DNA of 64,000 bases from Halobacteriaceae archaeon (GTDB taxonomy: Archaea; Halobacteriota; Halobacteria; Halobacteriales; Halobacteriaceae). Positions 1 through 10,252 of the stretch are shown piece after piece. Location of the stretch: the NCBI GenBank assembly GCA_042216675.1, contig JBDGTS010000008.1, forward strand, positions 1 through 64,000. The letters are read 5' to 3'. Below the pieces are notes generated by a model. That model was not told the origin of the DNA. It worked only from the letters and a program-made list of their open reading frames with translations, and searched no databases. How positions within the stretch are numbered: the first letter of the stretch is position 1; each line of letters opens with the position of its first letter. The translations under genes and the position numbers were made by a program.

Positions 1-145
1 TCGGTCAAATTCACGCATCACAGCCCTGCTAAACCCCCTGTAGTCTCAACTTCCGGCCAGCCAATTCTATATCGCTCTATGTGATTTATACCGGCCGCGC
101 CCCCTCCCGATGCTTACTTCCCACAGACCACCGACATTACCACCC

Positions 146-1204
146 ATGACCTCTGAAGACCCACGCGACGTACTCGAGCGGGTCGGCGCCCGCTTCGATT
201 TCACCGAGTACGAGGCCGAAGCCTACCTCGCGGTGCTCGAACACGGCCGGGTGACGGCCTCGGAACTCGCGGACCTCACTTCCATCCCCCAACCACGCGT
301 CTACGACACCGTTCGGAGCCTCGCGGACCGGAATCTGGTGGACCTCCACGAGTCCCGGCCGATGGAAGTCGTCGCCATCGACCCACGGGAGGCGTTCGCC
401 GACGTGCGCACCTCGCTCGACGACCTCGAAGACGCCCTCGAACGCGCCTATGCGGCCCCCAAGCCGGGCGGCGAGGCGGTGACGCTCGTGAAGTCCCGGT
501 CGACCATCGTTCGCAATCTGCGCGACACCGTCGAGACGGCGGAGTACGAACTCCTCCTGTCGCTGACGCCGGACCTGCTGGCCGGCTTCGAGGAGGAGAT
601 CCGGGCCGCGCGGGACCGGGGGGTCGCCATCGACTTGCTGCTCTCCCCCGCCGCGGAGGTGCCAGACCCCGCGGACTACGACTACACGGCCGTCGCGACG
701 ACGGCGCGGGCCCGGCGGGGCGTCACCACGCCCATCGTGGCCGTCGCGGACGGGCGCCACTCCGTTTACGCGACCCGGGAGGCGCTTCGGGCGAATCAGG
801 ACCGCTACGGCGTCGTGTTCAACCGCTCGGAGCTGGGCTTCCTCGTCACCGGCTTCCTGCTGACGGCGGTGTGGAGCTCCGCGGAGTCGCTCGTGGAAGT
901 CCCCGACGAGCGGCCGTTTCCGCGGCGCTACGCCACGGTCCGGCGCTGCGTGACCGAACTCGACGCCGCGGACGGGGAGTTCTACGCGGCCATCCGGGGT
1001 CGGGACGTGATGACGGGCGACTCCCGGACCGTGCGGGGTCGCATCGTGGACCGGGACCTCGGGACCGCCCACGAGACGGCGGAACTCGTCGTCGAGACGG
1101 CGGACGGCGACGTCGAAGTCGGGGGACAGGCCGCGGCGCTGGAGGACGTCGAGGCCCACGAAATCGTCGTCGACACGGGGGAGGCCCCCGACTTCGAGTC
1201 CTGA
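146..1204 (+). CDS. trmB: TrmB-family sugar-responsive transcriptional regulator
   Basis: N-terminal wHTH (FTEYEAEAYLAVL..TASELADLTSIPQPRVYD) plus effector domain ending VGG.AA.EDVEA; start moved to ATG 146. Confidence 0.9.
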   Translation: MTSEDPRDVLERVGARFDFTEYEAEAYLAVLEHGRVTASELADLTSIPQPRVYDTVRSLADRNLVDLHESRPMEVVAIDPREAFADVRTSLDDLEDALERAYAAPKPGGEAVTLVKSRSTIVRNLRDTVETAEYELLLSLTPDLLAGFEEEIRAARDRGVAIDLLLSPAAEVPDPADYDYTAVATTARARRGVTTPIVAVADGRHSVYATREALRANQDRYGVVFNRSELGFLVTGFLLTAVWSSAESLVEVPDERPFPRRYATVRRCVTELDAADGEFYAAIRGRDVMTGDSRTVRGRIVDRDLGTAHETAELVVETADGDVEVGGQAAALEDVEAHEIVVDTGEAPDFES

Positions 1205-1249
1205 ATTGGGCGGTACTGTTTAGCCGTCCCCGCGTGAACGCCCATCCGT

Positions 1250-1549
1250 ATGAGCGACTCCGAGGACATTCCGAACGCGATGGAAGTGGGCCAGTCAGTG
1301 TACGACGAGGACGGCAACGAACTCGGCACTATCCGCGGGTGGGACGACGACGGCTTCTTCGTCACCACCCGACAGGGAATCGCGGCGCTCTCGGTCGAAC
1401 ACGAGCACACGACGCCGACGCATGGCGAGGCAGAACTGATGTGGCGCTGTTCGGACTGCGGGGAGATGGGTGACGTCGCGGCCGTCCCCGAGGCGTGCCC
1501 CTCCTGTGGGGCGCCGCGTGAGAACCTCTTCTACTGGACCGAGGATTAG
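1250..1549 (+). CDS. Small rubredoxin-like/CPxCG zinc-finger protein with PRC-barrel-like N-terminus
   Basis: WRCSDCG...CPSCG; VYDEDGNELGTI. Confidence 0.8.
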   Translation: MSDSEDIPNAMEVGQSVYDEDGNELGTIRGWDDDGFFVTTRQGIAALSVEHEHTTPTHGEAELMWRCSDCGEMGDVAAVPEACPSCGAPRENLFYWTED

Positions 1550-1884
1550 AAGGGCGCGTCGGGTGCGCCGCCGCTGTCCTCGCTCTCCTCACCCGGGAAC
1601 GAGGGGGACGTGCCGCCGTCGTCTTCCATGCCGGTCGTGGCGTTCACGACTTCGATTTCGGGAATCTCGGTGACCATTCGGGACTTGATGGCCTGAATCG
1701 TCATCGGCGAGATACCACAGCCGGAACACGCGCCGCTGAGCTGAATCGTCACCTCGCCGCTCTCGCGGTCGAGGTCCGTGATGGCGGCGTCGCCGCCGTG
1801 CATCTGGATCTGGGGGAAGTTGCGCCGCAGGAAGTTACTGATGCGCTCCTTCAGGTCGTCCCCGTCTTGGGTCTCGGTGCTCAT
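1546..1884 (-). CDS. NifU/NfuA-family Fe-S cluster carrier
   Basis: FPQIQMHGG..LSGACSGCGIS motif. Confidence 0.9.
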   Translation of the reverse strand: MSTETQDGDDLKERISNFLRRNFPQIQMHGGDAAITDLDRESGEVTIQLSGACSGCGISPMTIQAIKSRMVTEIPEIEVVNATTGMEDDGGTSPSFPGEESEDSGGAPDAPF

Positions 1885-1909
1885 GTCGTCAGATACTGTG
1901 CCCGCGGGC

Positions 1910-2251
1910 TTAGGCCTTTGGTTCGTCCTGATTGCCGACGCCGAACACGTTCTGCAGTTGGCTCTCGATTTCGTCGACGTACAGGTCCAGTAGCTCCGCC
2001 GCTCGCTCGTCGGAGACGACGACGCCCTCCAGTCTGTCGAGGGGGTCCTCGGGTAGTTCGAGGGTGAACTCGCCGTCGCCCTCGTAAACGGGTTCGCTCT
2101 CGTTCAGAATCTGCTGGTCGATGGCGTGGACCAGTTGGGAGTCGTACTCCCCGTTGAGGCGGTCGAACGCCCGCTTGTACGCGTTCTGCAACTGCGGGAA
2201 GTACTCGCGGTATTTCTCCGCCTCGAATTTCTCGGGGTCGAAGTCGGCCAT
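1910..2251 (-). CDS. Conserved haloarchaeal hypothetical protein
   Basis: Acidic ORF starting MADFDPEKFE, upstream of and co-oriented with nifU. Confidence 0.8.
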   Translation of the reverse strand: MADFDPEKFEAEKYREYFPQLQNAYKRAFDRLNGEYDSQLVHAIDQQILNESEPVYEGDGEFTLELPEDPLDRLEGVVVSDERAAELLDLYVDEIESQLQNVFGVGNQDEPKA

Positions 2252-2412
2252 GGAGTCGAGTTGGCCGCCGGCGCACAAAAGTCGGGCGGTCACTGCTCGT
2301 AAACCGTATGTGGCGATACAGAACTCCCGAATCGGCTCGTCGGGTCGGACGCCGACGGCCGCGCGGCCAGCGTTGACGCGGGCTTTATCCGTTCATCTCC
2401 CGTCTCTGTCGT

Positions 2413-2832
2413 ATGGCATCACGCGTCTTGGTTCCGGTAGACGACTCTGAGATGGCCGAGCGGGCACTTCGACACGCCCTCGAATCCCATCCCGACGCCG
2501 AAATCGATGTTCTCCACGTCGTCGGGGGGCCGTCTCAGATGATGGGGGACGCGGTGAGTCTCGCTCTGGCGGACGACATCGAGGCGGCCGCCCAAGAGCG
2601 TGCAGCCGAGGTTTTCGAGCGTGCGCGCGACGTCGCGGCGGAGTACGACGCGGACATCACGACGGACGTCGCGTGGGGGATGCCGGCCAAAGCGATCCTC
2701 GATCGAGCCGAGGACTACGACGTAGTCGTCATCGGCAGTCACGGGGGGACGTTGGCTGAGCGCTTCTTCGTCGGGAACGTCGCTCAGAAGGTAGTCCGGC
2801 GGTCGCCGGTGCCGGTGACGGTCGTCCGCTGA
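2413..2832 (+). CDS. Universal stress protein (UspA family)
   Basis: VLVPVDDS..VVIGSHG..GNVAQKVVRRSPVPVTVVR. Confidence 0.92.
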   Translation: MASRVLVPVDDSEMAERALRHALESHPDAEIDVLHVVGGPSQMMGDAVSLALADDIEAAAQERAAEVFERARDVAAEYDADITTDVAWGMPAKAILDRAEDYDVVVIGSHGGTLAERFFVGNVAQKVVRRSPVPVTVVR

Positions 2833-2897
2833 GGGATTTGCGGCCTCGATGGGGGCGTCCCGGCGACACGTATCGAGCCGCCGGCCGCGACGACTGG

Positions 2898-4313
2898 CTA
2901 CCCCAGTTGCTCGCCGACGATGCGGTCGGCCTCGGCGACGAACTCTCGCTCCCTGCCCGCGGGTACCGTCGCGCCCGCCGCCACGTCGTGGCCGCCGCCC
3001 TCGCCGCCGACGGCCGCGGCGGCGTCGCTCATCACCGCCGAGAGGTCGAGACCCGCGCGGGTGAGCCCCGGCGTGCCCCGTGCGGACACTTTGACGGCCC
3101 CGTCCTCGTCGGCCTTCTCAGCGAAGGCGACGATGGGGGTGCCCGAGTCCACGCCCTCCGTGCCCACGGCCATGCCGGCGACGATGCCCACGATGGTCTC
3201 CCGAATCTCGTCGCCGGCGTGGAACCACTGGAGATGGTTCTCGTGGGTGACGCCCTCGGATTTGACCCACTCCAGCCCCTGCGAGAGGTTCCGGCGGTGC
3301 TGGCGCAACAGGTCGCGGGCCGAGGCGAGCGCTTCGTCTCTGTCCCCGAGACAGACTGCGAGGCCCACGTCGGCCCGGTCGTAGCGCGCGGTGGCGTTGA
3401 GGAGCGTCGAGAACTCGCTTGCGTCCCGAAGTTCTGTCCCGGGAGTCTCACGGGCCAGCGTGTAGGTGGTCCCGACGAGGCGCTCGACTTTCGACGCGGG
3501 AACCCCGCGCTCGATGGCTCGTTGGAGCAGGGCGCTCACGATCGATTTCTTCTCCGTTCGGTCGAGGTCGGCCCAGCGCCGCCAGTCGCCGTCCACGCGG
3601 AGGTCGACGCCACAGGACTCCAGAAACTCGATGGCGCCGCGCTCGCTTCCGGTGACGCCCGGAATCCGCACGTCGCCGGCGTACTCCAGCAGTTTGTGGA
3701 GCGGGCGGGTCTGGGTGCCGTACATCGCGAGGTCCTGCCCGGTTTCGAGTGCGCCCGCCGCGACGCCTTCCGCCGCGACGTCGGCGTTCGCGCCGACGAG
3801 TTCGCCTCCGGAGGCCTGCATGTCGCCGACGGCGCCGACGACGGCCAGTGCCGCGAGGTCGCGGTTGTCGGTGTCGCCCTCCAAGGCCCGTGCGAGGACG
3901 TACGCCGCGCCCGCGCCAGACAGTTCCGAGGCGCCGTCGATGCCCTCCAGCAGAGGGTTGAGGTGGAACTCCGTGTCCGCGTCGGCGGGCCGGTGGTGGT
4001 CCGCGACGACGGGCGTGAACGCGCCCGCTCGCTCGTGGTCGACGATGGCGTCGAGTTGCCCGCTCCCGAAGTCGGTGAACAGCACCGTCTCGTAGCCGGT
4101 GGCGGCGACGTCGGCGACGGCCGCGTCGTCGAGTTGGTCCTCGAAGCGCACCTCGAAGGGGATGCCCGCCCGTTCGAGCGCCGTCGCGGCGACGGCAGCG
4201 CTCGTGAGGCCGTCCGCGTCGATGTGGGAGACGACGAGCACCTTCTCGGCGGCCCGGAGACAGTCGGCACAGCGTCGCGCCCGGTCGGCGAGCGCCGGTA
4301 CGGGTCCGCTCAT
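2898..4313 (-). CDS. recJ: RecJ-like DHH/DHHA1 exonuclease
   Basis: SHIDADG, TDFG, DHH and GGGHDVAAG motifs. Confidence 0.88.
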   Translation of the reverse strand: MSGPVPALADRARRCADCLRAAEKVLVVSHIDADGLTSAAVAATALERAGIPFEVRFEDQLDDAAVADVAATGYETVLFTDFGSGQLDAIVDHERAGAFTPVVADHHRPADADTEFHLNPLLEGIDGASELSGAGAAYVLARALEGDTDNRDLAALAVVGAVGDMQASGGELVGANADVAAEGVAAGALETGQDLAMYGTQTRPLHKLLEYAGDVRIPGVTGSERGAIEFLESCGVDLRVDGDWRRWADLDRTEKKSIVSALLQRAIERGVPASKVERLVGTTYTLARETPGTELRDASEFSTLLNATARYDRADVGLAVCLGDRDEALASARDLLRQHRRNLSQGLEWVKSEGVTHENHLQWFHAGDEIRETIVGIVAGMAVGTEGVDSGTPIVAFAEKADEDGAVKVSARGTPGLTRAGLDLSAVMSDAAAAVGGEGGGHDVAAGATVPAGREREFVAEADRIVGEQLG

Positions 4314-4351
4314 TCACTCGCCCTAGCGCGGACCCGCACAAAAAGTCACGC

Positions 4352-5083
4352 CTACGCCTCGGCGTCGAGGCGGGCGGCGACGGCCCGCGCCAGCGTCTCG
4401 AAGTCGGCGGTGTCGGGCACGACGTCCACCTCGATGCCCAGTTCGGCCGCCGTCTCGGCCGTCGGCTCCCCGATTGTTCCGACGACGGCCTCGTTCAGGC
4501 CGTCGATGGCGCCCTCGCGCACGCCCCGTTCGGCCGCGGCGTCGAGGAAGTGCTCGACGGTGAGCGAGGAGGTGAACAGCGCGGCGTCGAGGGTGCCCTC
4601 GGCGGCCGCGGCCGCGGACGCGCCGCTCCCGTTCGGGCGGACGAGGCGGTAGAGGACCGTCTCGTGGACGTACGCGCCGGCGGCTTCGAGGCCGTCCAAC
4701 AGCACGTCGCTCCCGTGGTCCGAGCGGGCCACCTCGACGCGCGCCCCGTCCACGCGGTCCCCCAGCGTCTCGACCAGTCCCGACGAGGAGTACTCCGCGG
4801 GCACCACACGCACCTCGTAGCCCGCGTCACGGAGGGCATCGGCCGTCGTCTCGCCGATTGCGCACAGCGTCGCGTCGCCGGGGTCCCAGCCGGCTTCGGC
4901 CACCCGGCCCGCGCCGGTGGTGCTGGTCAGAATCGCGTAGTCGGCGTCGGAGCGCGGGACGGCGTCGGCTGGGTCGACGGCGAGCATCGGGTCCGCGAGC
5001 GGTTCCATCCCGAGTTCTCGGAGCGTCTCGGCGGCGTCGGCGAGGCGCCCGTCCGCCGGCCGGAAGACGGCGACGCGGGTCAT
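4352..5083 (-). CDS. hemD: Uroporphyrinogen-III synthase
   Basis: MTRVAVFRP..ILTS..AIGETTA..FTSSLTV..IGEPTA; ATGA overlap with cobA. Confidence 0.9.
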   Translation of the reverse strand: MTRVAVFRPADGRLADAAETLRELGMEPLADPMLAVDPADAVPRSDADYAILTSTTGAGRVAEAGWDPGDATLCAIGETTADALRDAGYEVRVVPAEYSSSGLVETLGDRVDGARVEVARSDHGSDVLLDGLEAAGAYVHETVLYRLVRPNGSGASAAAAAEGTLDAALFTSSLTVEHFLDAAAERGVREGAIDGLNEAVVGTIGEPTAETAAELGIEVDVVPDTADFETLARAVAARLDAEA

Positions 5084-5829
5084 CGCCCCTCCAGCCAGTC
5101 CACGACGCGGTCCCGGTGTGCGGCAACCTCGCCGATGACCGTCACGGCCGGCGGCTCGATGCCCACCCGTTCGGCCTCCGCGGCGATGGAGGCGAGCGTT
5201 CCCGTCGCCACCTGCTGGTCGGTCCACGTCGCTCGCTCGACGAGCGCGGCCGGGGTGTCCGCGTCGAGGCCCGCCTCGTGGAGCTGTTTGGTGTACTCGG
5301 GGAGCCGACGAACTCCCATCAGCACGACGATGGTGCCGCCCGTCTCCGCCAGCGCCGCCCAATCGACGGCCGACTCCTCCTTCTCGGGGTCCTCGTGGCC
5401 CGTGACGATGGAGACGCTGGAGGACACCTCCCGATGGGTGGCGGGGATGCCCGCCACGCCGGGCGCGGCGATGGCCGAACTCACGCCCGGCACCACCTCG
5501 AAGGGCACGTCGTGGTCGGCGAGATAGCCCATCTCCTCGCCGCCGCGGCCGAAGACCATCGGGTCGCCGCCCTTGAGTCGGACGACGGTGTCGCCGCTTC
5601 GAGCGCGCTCGACCAGCCGCTCGTTGATTTCGGCCTGCGGCGTGCGCTCGCCGTCGGGGCGCTTGCCAACGTCGACGCGCTTCTCGGCGGGAATCGTCTC
5701 TAGCAGTTCCGGTCCCGGCAGGTGGTCGTGGAGGACCACGTCGGCCGCTTCGAGGAGCCGTTTTGCCTTCACCGTCAGCAGTTCGGGGTCGCCCGGACCG
5801 CTTCCGACGAGGTAGACGGTGCCGGTCAC
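5080..5829 (-). CDS. cobA: Uroporphyrinogen-III C-methyltransferase
   Basis: VYLVGSGPGDPELLT, RLKGGDP.VFGRGGEE. Confidence 0.95.
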   Translation of the reverse strand: MTGTVYLVGSGPGDPELLTVKAKRLLEAADVVLHDHLPGPELLETIPAEKRVDVGKRPDGERTPQAEINERLVERARSGDTVVRLKGGDPMVFGRGGEEMGYLADHDVPFEVVPGVSSAIAAPGVAGIPATHREVSSSVSIVTGHEDPEKEESAVDWAALAETGGTIVVLMGVRRLPEYTKQLHEAGLDADTPAALVERATWTDQQVATGTLASIAAEAERVGIEPPAVTVIGEVAAHRDRVVDWLEGR

Positions 5830-6869
5830 TGTCGCGCCTCCGCGGCGTCGATGAGGTCCCGGGCGCCCTGTGCCACGAGGTCCCGCGCGATGTCGCGGGC
5901 ACCGTCGGCGTGGTTCTCGACGTCTACGTCCCGGCTGACGCGCGCCTCGCGGTCACCGTCGGGGCCGAGGACGCGCGCCTCGACGTGGACTACCTCGCCT
6001 CGGAGGACGGCGTGGACGCCGATGGGCGCGATGCAGCCACCGCCAACCTCGGCGAGGACGGTGCGCTCCACCGTCGTTTCGACGCGCGTTCGGGGGTGGT
6101 CGAGGGCGGTCTGGAGATTCTCGGCGGTGTCGCCCGGCGCGGCGGTGATGGCGAGTGCGCCCTGTCCCGGCGCGGGGACGAACTCGTCGGCGGGGAGCCG
6201 TTGGTAGTCGAGTTGCGAGAGGAGGTTGCTCCGGCGGAGCCCTGCCTCCGCGAGGACGATGGCGTCGTACTCCGTCTCCACCTCGCGGCCGAGGGCCTGC
6301 CGTTCGAGTTCGGTGCGCTCCTGAAACCAGCTCTCGCCGCCGTTGCCGTCCTCGTCGAGGTGTCGCTCGTGTTCGGCCTGCAGCGTCGGCGCCAGCAGTT
6401 TCTCGATGCGCGTGTCGACGTTACCCCGAAGCGGTTCGACGGTGAGGTCCGGCCGGTTCGCCAGCAACTCCGCGCGCCGGCGTTGACTCGACGTGCCGAC
6501 GACGGCGCCGTGCGGGAGGTCCGCCAGCGCCGCGCCGTCGGGGGTCACCAGCACGTCGTTGGCGGCGCCGCGGCGGGGCACCGCCGCGACCACGAGGTCC
6601 TCGCCGCCCTCGGTGGGCACGTCCTTCAGCGAGTGGACGGCCGCGTCCGCGTCGCCGTCGAGGATGCGCTGGTCGAGACTCCGGACGAACGCGCCCGTCG
6701 TCCCGAGGTTCTGGATGAGTTCGTCGCGGACCTTGTCGCCCTCCGTCTCGACTTCCACGAGGTCGACCTCGTAGCGATGGTCCGCGAGTTCCGCCCGCAC
6801 GTCTTCGGCCTGACTCCGCGCGAGCGCCGAACCGCGCGTGGCGAGGCGTATCGGCCCGCGTCTGCTCAT
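5826..6869 (-). CDS. hemC: Hydroxymethylbilane synthase
   Basis: LATRGSALA, VHSLKDVP, GTSSQRR, RGNVDTR, PAPGQG, GGCIAPIG. Confidence 0.95.
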   Translation of the reverse strand: MSRRGPIRLATRGSALARSQAEDVRAELADHRYEVDLVEVETEGDKVRDELIQNLGTTGAFVRSLDQRILDGDADAAVHSLKDVPTEGGEDLVVAAVPRRGAANDVLVTPDGAALADLPHGAVVGTSSQRRRAELLANRPDLTVEPLRGNVDTRIEKLLAPTLQAEHERHLDEDGNGGESWFQERTELERQALGREVETEYDAIVLAEAGLRRSNLLSQLDYQRLPADEFVPAPGQGALAITAAPGDTAENLQTALDHPRTRVETTVERTVLAEVGGGCIAPIGVHAVLRGEVVHVEARVLGPDGDREARVSRDVDVENHADGARDIARDLVAQGARDLIDAAEARQ

Positions 6870-6910
6870 GGTGGTGGGTGGATGCCGGACGGTCAAACGT
6901 CCTTCGGAGA

Positions 6911-7056
6911 CGAGGTCCGAGGGAGCGAAGCGACCGAGGACCTCGGGAAAGCGAGCGGGGAACGAAGTGACCCGCGAGCCGCGCGGTGCGGTCCGACTGT
7001 CGACGAGGCCGACCGAGGACCTCGATAGTGCGAGCGGGGAGGAACGACCCGCGAGC
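6911..7056. repeat. Intergenic REP/BIME-like palindromic repeat with two degenerate ~79-bp units
   Basis: cgaggtcc..ggacctcg inverted repeat; cgaccgaggacctcg..gcgagcgggga..gacccgcgagc occurs twice; 23-bp identity with 59352-59374. Confidence 0.7.
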
Positions 7057-7105
7057 AGGGCGCCGTGAGCGGCGCGATGCGGTGGGAACGCAAGGAGAGC
7101 GACCG

Positions 7106-7522
7106 CTACCCCCCCATCGTCAGGCGCCGCCACGTGTAGCGCGTCGCGACGAGGACGCCGCCGACGACGGTGACGGCGCCGGCGAGGGCCAACAGCCCCC
7201 AGCGGCGCGGGTCGGGTTGCCACGGCGCGTCCACCGCCGCCAGTGCGCGGGCGTCCTTCGTGACGGCGACGGGGAGGAGGACGAGGACCACCGCCAGCGG
7301 AACGCCGGCGACGACCAGCGAGAGCGAGAAGGCGACGCCCACCGTGTCGCCGCCGATGCCGCCCGCGCCGAACTCCGCCGTCGCGGCGATGGCCAGCCAG
7401 ACGAACGAGAGCGCCCAGACGGCGGTGACGGCGGGGACGGCGGCGACCCAGTACCACCAGCGGCCCGCGTCGGGGAGCGAGCGACCCGGGAGCCGGCCGG
7501 GTTGGGCGCGGCGCCGGCTCAC
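7106..7522 (-). CDS. Small membrane protein
   Basis: 3-4 hydrophobic segments; RWWY.VA and W.PDP motifs shared with the next ORF. Confidence 0.7.
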   Translation of the reverse strand: MSRRRAQPGRLPGRSLPDAGRWWYWVAAVPAVTAVWALSFVWLAIAATAEFGAGGIGGDTVGVAFSLSLVVAGVPLAVVLVLLPVAVTKDARALAAVDAPWQPDPRRWGLLALAGAVTVVGGVLVATRYTWRRLTMGG

Positions 7523-7929
7523 GGCGTTCCGACGTGCTGGTGTCGCCGGTAGAGGTAGTACAGTCCCAACACTGGCTGGACCGGCGCGCCACCCGAGAAC
7601 AGGCCCGCCACGCCGAGCAGGCCGTACAGGAACGGGTCGGGGTCCCAGTCGAGGTTCGCCGCGGCGACGGCCTCCGCGTCGGCGTAGATGGCGACGGGGA
7701 ACAGGAGGGCCAACAGCATTCCCAGCAGGGCCAGCGGAACCACGATGGCGAGGACGGCGGCCATCGAGAGACCGAGCGCCACCGGCAGGTCACCGGGCGC
7801 GGCGCCGAGCGCGGCGAGCAGTACCAGCGGAAGGAGGAGCAACAGGGCCGCGAACACGAGGACGTCGTACACCGTCGTCACCGCGACGACGTACCACCAC
7901 CGCGAGGACACGGGCGCGGAGTCGGGCAT
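7519..7929 (-). CDS. Small membrane protein, paralogue of 7106..7522
   Basis: RWWYVVA..WDPDP..YYLYRRH; ATGA overlap. Confidence 0.72.
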   Translation of the reverse strand: MPDSAPVSSRWWYVVAVTTVYDVLVFAALLLLLPLVLLAALGAAPGDLPVALGLSMAAVLAIVVPLALLGMLLALLFPVAIYADAEAVAAANLDWDPDPFLYGLLGVAGLFSGGAPVQPVLGLYYLYRRHQHVGTP

Positions 7930-7952
7930 ACCGACCGCTTGGGCGCCCGTCG

Positions 7953-9293
7953 TTAAACGCGTTCCGCGAGGACCGTCTCGTAGGCGGCCAGCGCGGCCTC
8001 CACGTCCTCTTCGGTGTGCGCGGCGGAGACGAACTGGCTCTCGAACTGGTTGGGCGTGAGGAAGACGCCGGCCTCCTTCATCGCGGGCCAGAACAGGCGC
8101 TCCCAGCGCTCCGTGTCGGCGTCGGCGACGTCGGCGCCGTTCTTCGGGTAGGCGTCGAAGCCGGGGTGATCCGGGTTCTGGACGATGCCCTCCACGCAGT
8201 CGCTCGCGCCCACCTCGCCGTCGCGGGTGAAGATGACCTTGAACATGCTCCCGGTCCCGGCGACGGTGTACTCGGGGGCGTGGTCGGCGAGGATGTCCCG
8301 CAGGCCCGAGCGCAACTGCTCACCGAGTGCGTCGACGTGCTCGTACACGTCGTTCTCGGCGGCGTAGCGCAGGGTTTCGAGGCCCGCGGCCATCGTCACC
8401 GGGTGGCCCGAGAAGGTGCCCGACTGGAACACGTCGCCCGACGGCGTGAACTCCTCGATGATGCCCGCGGGGCCGCCGATGGCGCCGACGGGGAAGCCGC
8501 CCCCGACGACTTTGCCGAACGTCGTCAGGTCGGGTTCGACGCCGAGTGCGCCCTGCGCGCAGGCGAGGCCGCCGACGCGGAAGCCGGTGATGACTTCGTC
8601 GAAGATGAGGAGGGCACCGTGGTCGTCACAGAGGTCCCGCAGGGTCTCGTGGTAGCCCTCGACGGGGTGGACGATGCCCGTGTTGCCGAGCATCGGTTCG
8701 GTGAGGACGGCGGCGATGTCGTCGCCGTGTTCCTCGAACACCTCGGTGACGGCCGCGGCGTCGTTGAACGGCACCGGGAGCGTATGCTCCGCGAAGGCGT
8801 CGGGGACGCCCGCCGTCGACGGCTTGGGGTCGTCGGCGTCGCCGGCGACGAGCGTGGACTCCTGTGCGCCGTGGTAGCCGCCCTGCATCACGACGATTTT
8901 GTCGCGGCCGGTGTGGCCCCGCGCGAGGCGGACCGCGGAGGTGGTGGCTTCCGTTCCGGAGTTGACGAAGCGCACCATCTCCACACTCGGAACGTGGCGC
9001 GCGACGAACTCCGCGAGGTCGACCTCGACCTCGGTGGGCGCGCCGTACATCGGCCCGGCGCTGGCGGCGGACTGGACGGCGGCGGTGACGCTCTCGGGAA
9101 GGTCGTGGCCCAACAGCAGGGGACCGTAGCCGTTCACGAAGTCCAGATAGCGGTCGCCGTCGGCGTCGACGACGTGCCCGCCGTCGCCGTGGTCGACGAA
9201 GAACGGGTACGGGCGAATCGCTCGCACGGAGGAGTTGACGCCGCCGGGGAGGACCGACAGCGCGCGGCCGTAGAGGTCTCGTGAGTCGCGCAT
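7953..9293 (-). CDS. hemL: Glutamate-1-semialdehyde 2,1-aminomutase
   Basis: [42 protein letters not shown]. Confidence 0.95.
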   Translation of the reverse strand: MRDSRDLYGRALSVLPGGVNSSVRAIRPYPFFVDHGDGGHVVDADGDRYLDFVNGYGPLLLGHDLPESVTAAVQSAASAGPMYGAPTEVEVDLAEFVARHVPSVEMVRFVNSGTEATTSAVRLARGHTGRDKIVVMQGGYHGAQESTLVAGDADDPKPSTAGVPDAFAEHTLPVPFNDAAAVTEVFEEHGDDIAAVLTEPMLGNTGIVHPVEGYHETLRDLCDDHGALLIFDEVITGFRVGGLACAQGALGVEPDLTTFGKVVGGGFPVGAIGGPAGIIEEFTPSGDVFQSGTFSGHPVTMAAGLETLRYAAENDVYEHVDALGEQLRSGLRDILADHAPEYTVAGTGSMFKVIFTRDGEVGASDCVEGIVQNPDHPGFDAYPKNGADVADADTERWERLFWPAMKEAGVFLTPNQFESQFVSAAHTEEDVEAALAAYETVLAERV

Positions 9294-9328
9294 GGGTGGG
9301 GCTTTGGCTGGCGCCCCAAAAGGTCTGC

Positions 9329-9847
9329 CTACCCGTCCTCGTCGCCGACAGCGGCCGGGGCGGCGTCTGGGTCGGCGTCGGGGGCAGCCTCGGTCTCGGG
9401 GTCGAGGGGCGCCGCGTCGAAGTCGCGATGTGTCCGCTCGACGACCGACACCGACACGTCCACGACGCCGGGGATGCGCCAGAGCGCCCGGCGCTGGTCC
9501 TCGACGGCCTCGGAACCGGCGTACCGGCCGAGGACGACGACGTCGCTCTTGCCGGCGACTTCGTACACCGTCGTCACCTGTCGCTCGTCGTGGAGGCGGG
9601 CGACGACGTTCGGGAGCATCGTCTGGTTCGTCTCCAGTTCGAAGACGGCGCGCGTGTCGTAGCCGAGACTGTCGTAGTCGAGGCGTGGCTCGTAGCCGAC
9701 GACCACGCCGCTCTCTTCGAGTTCCTGCACCCGCTCGGCGACGGTGGCCGTAGGGAGGTCCGCGGCGTCGGCCACGTCGCGGAGCGTCGCGCGGCCGTCC
9801 GTACGGAGCGCGGCGAGTACGCGTCTGTCGAGGTCGGAGAGTGACAT
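9329..9847 (-). CDS. Lrp/AsnC-family regulator
   Basis: [32 protein letters not shown]; VYEVAGKSD. Confidence 0.88.
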   Translation of the reverse strand: MSLSDLDRRVLAALRTDGRATLRDVADAADLPTATVAERVQELEESGVVVGYEPRLDYDSLGYDTRAVFELETNQTMLPNVVARLHDERQVTTVYEVAGKSDVVVLGRYAGSEAVEDQRRALWRIPGVVDVSVSVVERTHRDFDAAPLDPETEAAPDADPDAAPAAVGDEDG

Positions 9848-9901
9848 TATCGAGTGGTGGCGGGAGTGTGATCTGCGGGACGAGCGAGCGGCCGGCGGGC
9901 C

Positions 9902-10252
9902 TCAGACCGCCTCGGGACCCTCCTTGCCCGTGCGAATCTGGTAGGCGTCGTCCACGGGCAGGACGAATATTTTGCCGTCGCCGGGTTCGCCCGTGTGGGC
10001 GGCGTCCCGAATGGCCTCGACGACGTCCTCGGCGGGGATGTCCGCCACGATGCACTCCACCTTCGTCTTCTGGTGGAGGTCGACGACGTACTCCTCGCCA
10101 CGCCACTGCCCCGTCTTCGCCGGCTGCGTGCCGCGGCCGGACACGTCGGTGACTGTGAGCGACGGCGCGCCCACTTCCGCGAGGGCGCGTTTGACGTCCG
10201 CGAGTTTGTCCGGCCGAATCACTGCCATCACGAGTTTGATGTCGTCGCTCAT
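9902..10252 (-). CDS. glnK: P-II nitrogen regulatory protein
   Basis: [27 protein letters not shown]. Confidence 0.95.
   Translation of the reverse strand: MSDDIKLVMAVIRPDKLADVKRALAEVGAPSLTVTDVSGRGTQPAKTGQWRGEEYVVDLHQKTKVECIVADIPAEDVVEAIRDAAHTGEPGDGKIFVLPVDDAYQIRTGKEGPEAV

Noticed and set aside
2838-4652. 604-aa plus-strand ORF, and similar long ORFs at 7170..9284, 17679..20144, 36226..38184 and 48977..50761
   Set aside because: Antisense or off-frame shadows of motif-supported genes, expected at high GC; they lack the acidic composition and motifs.
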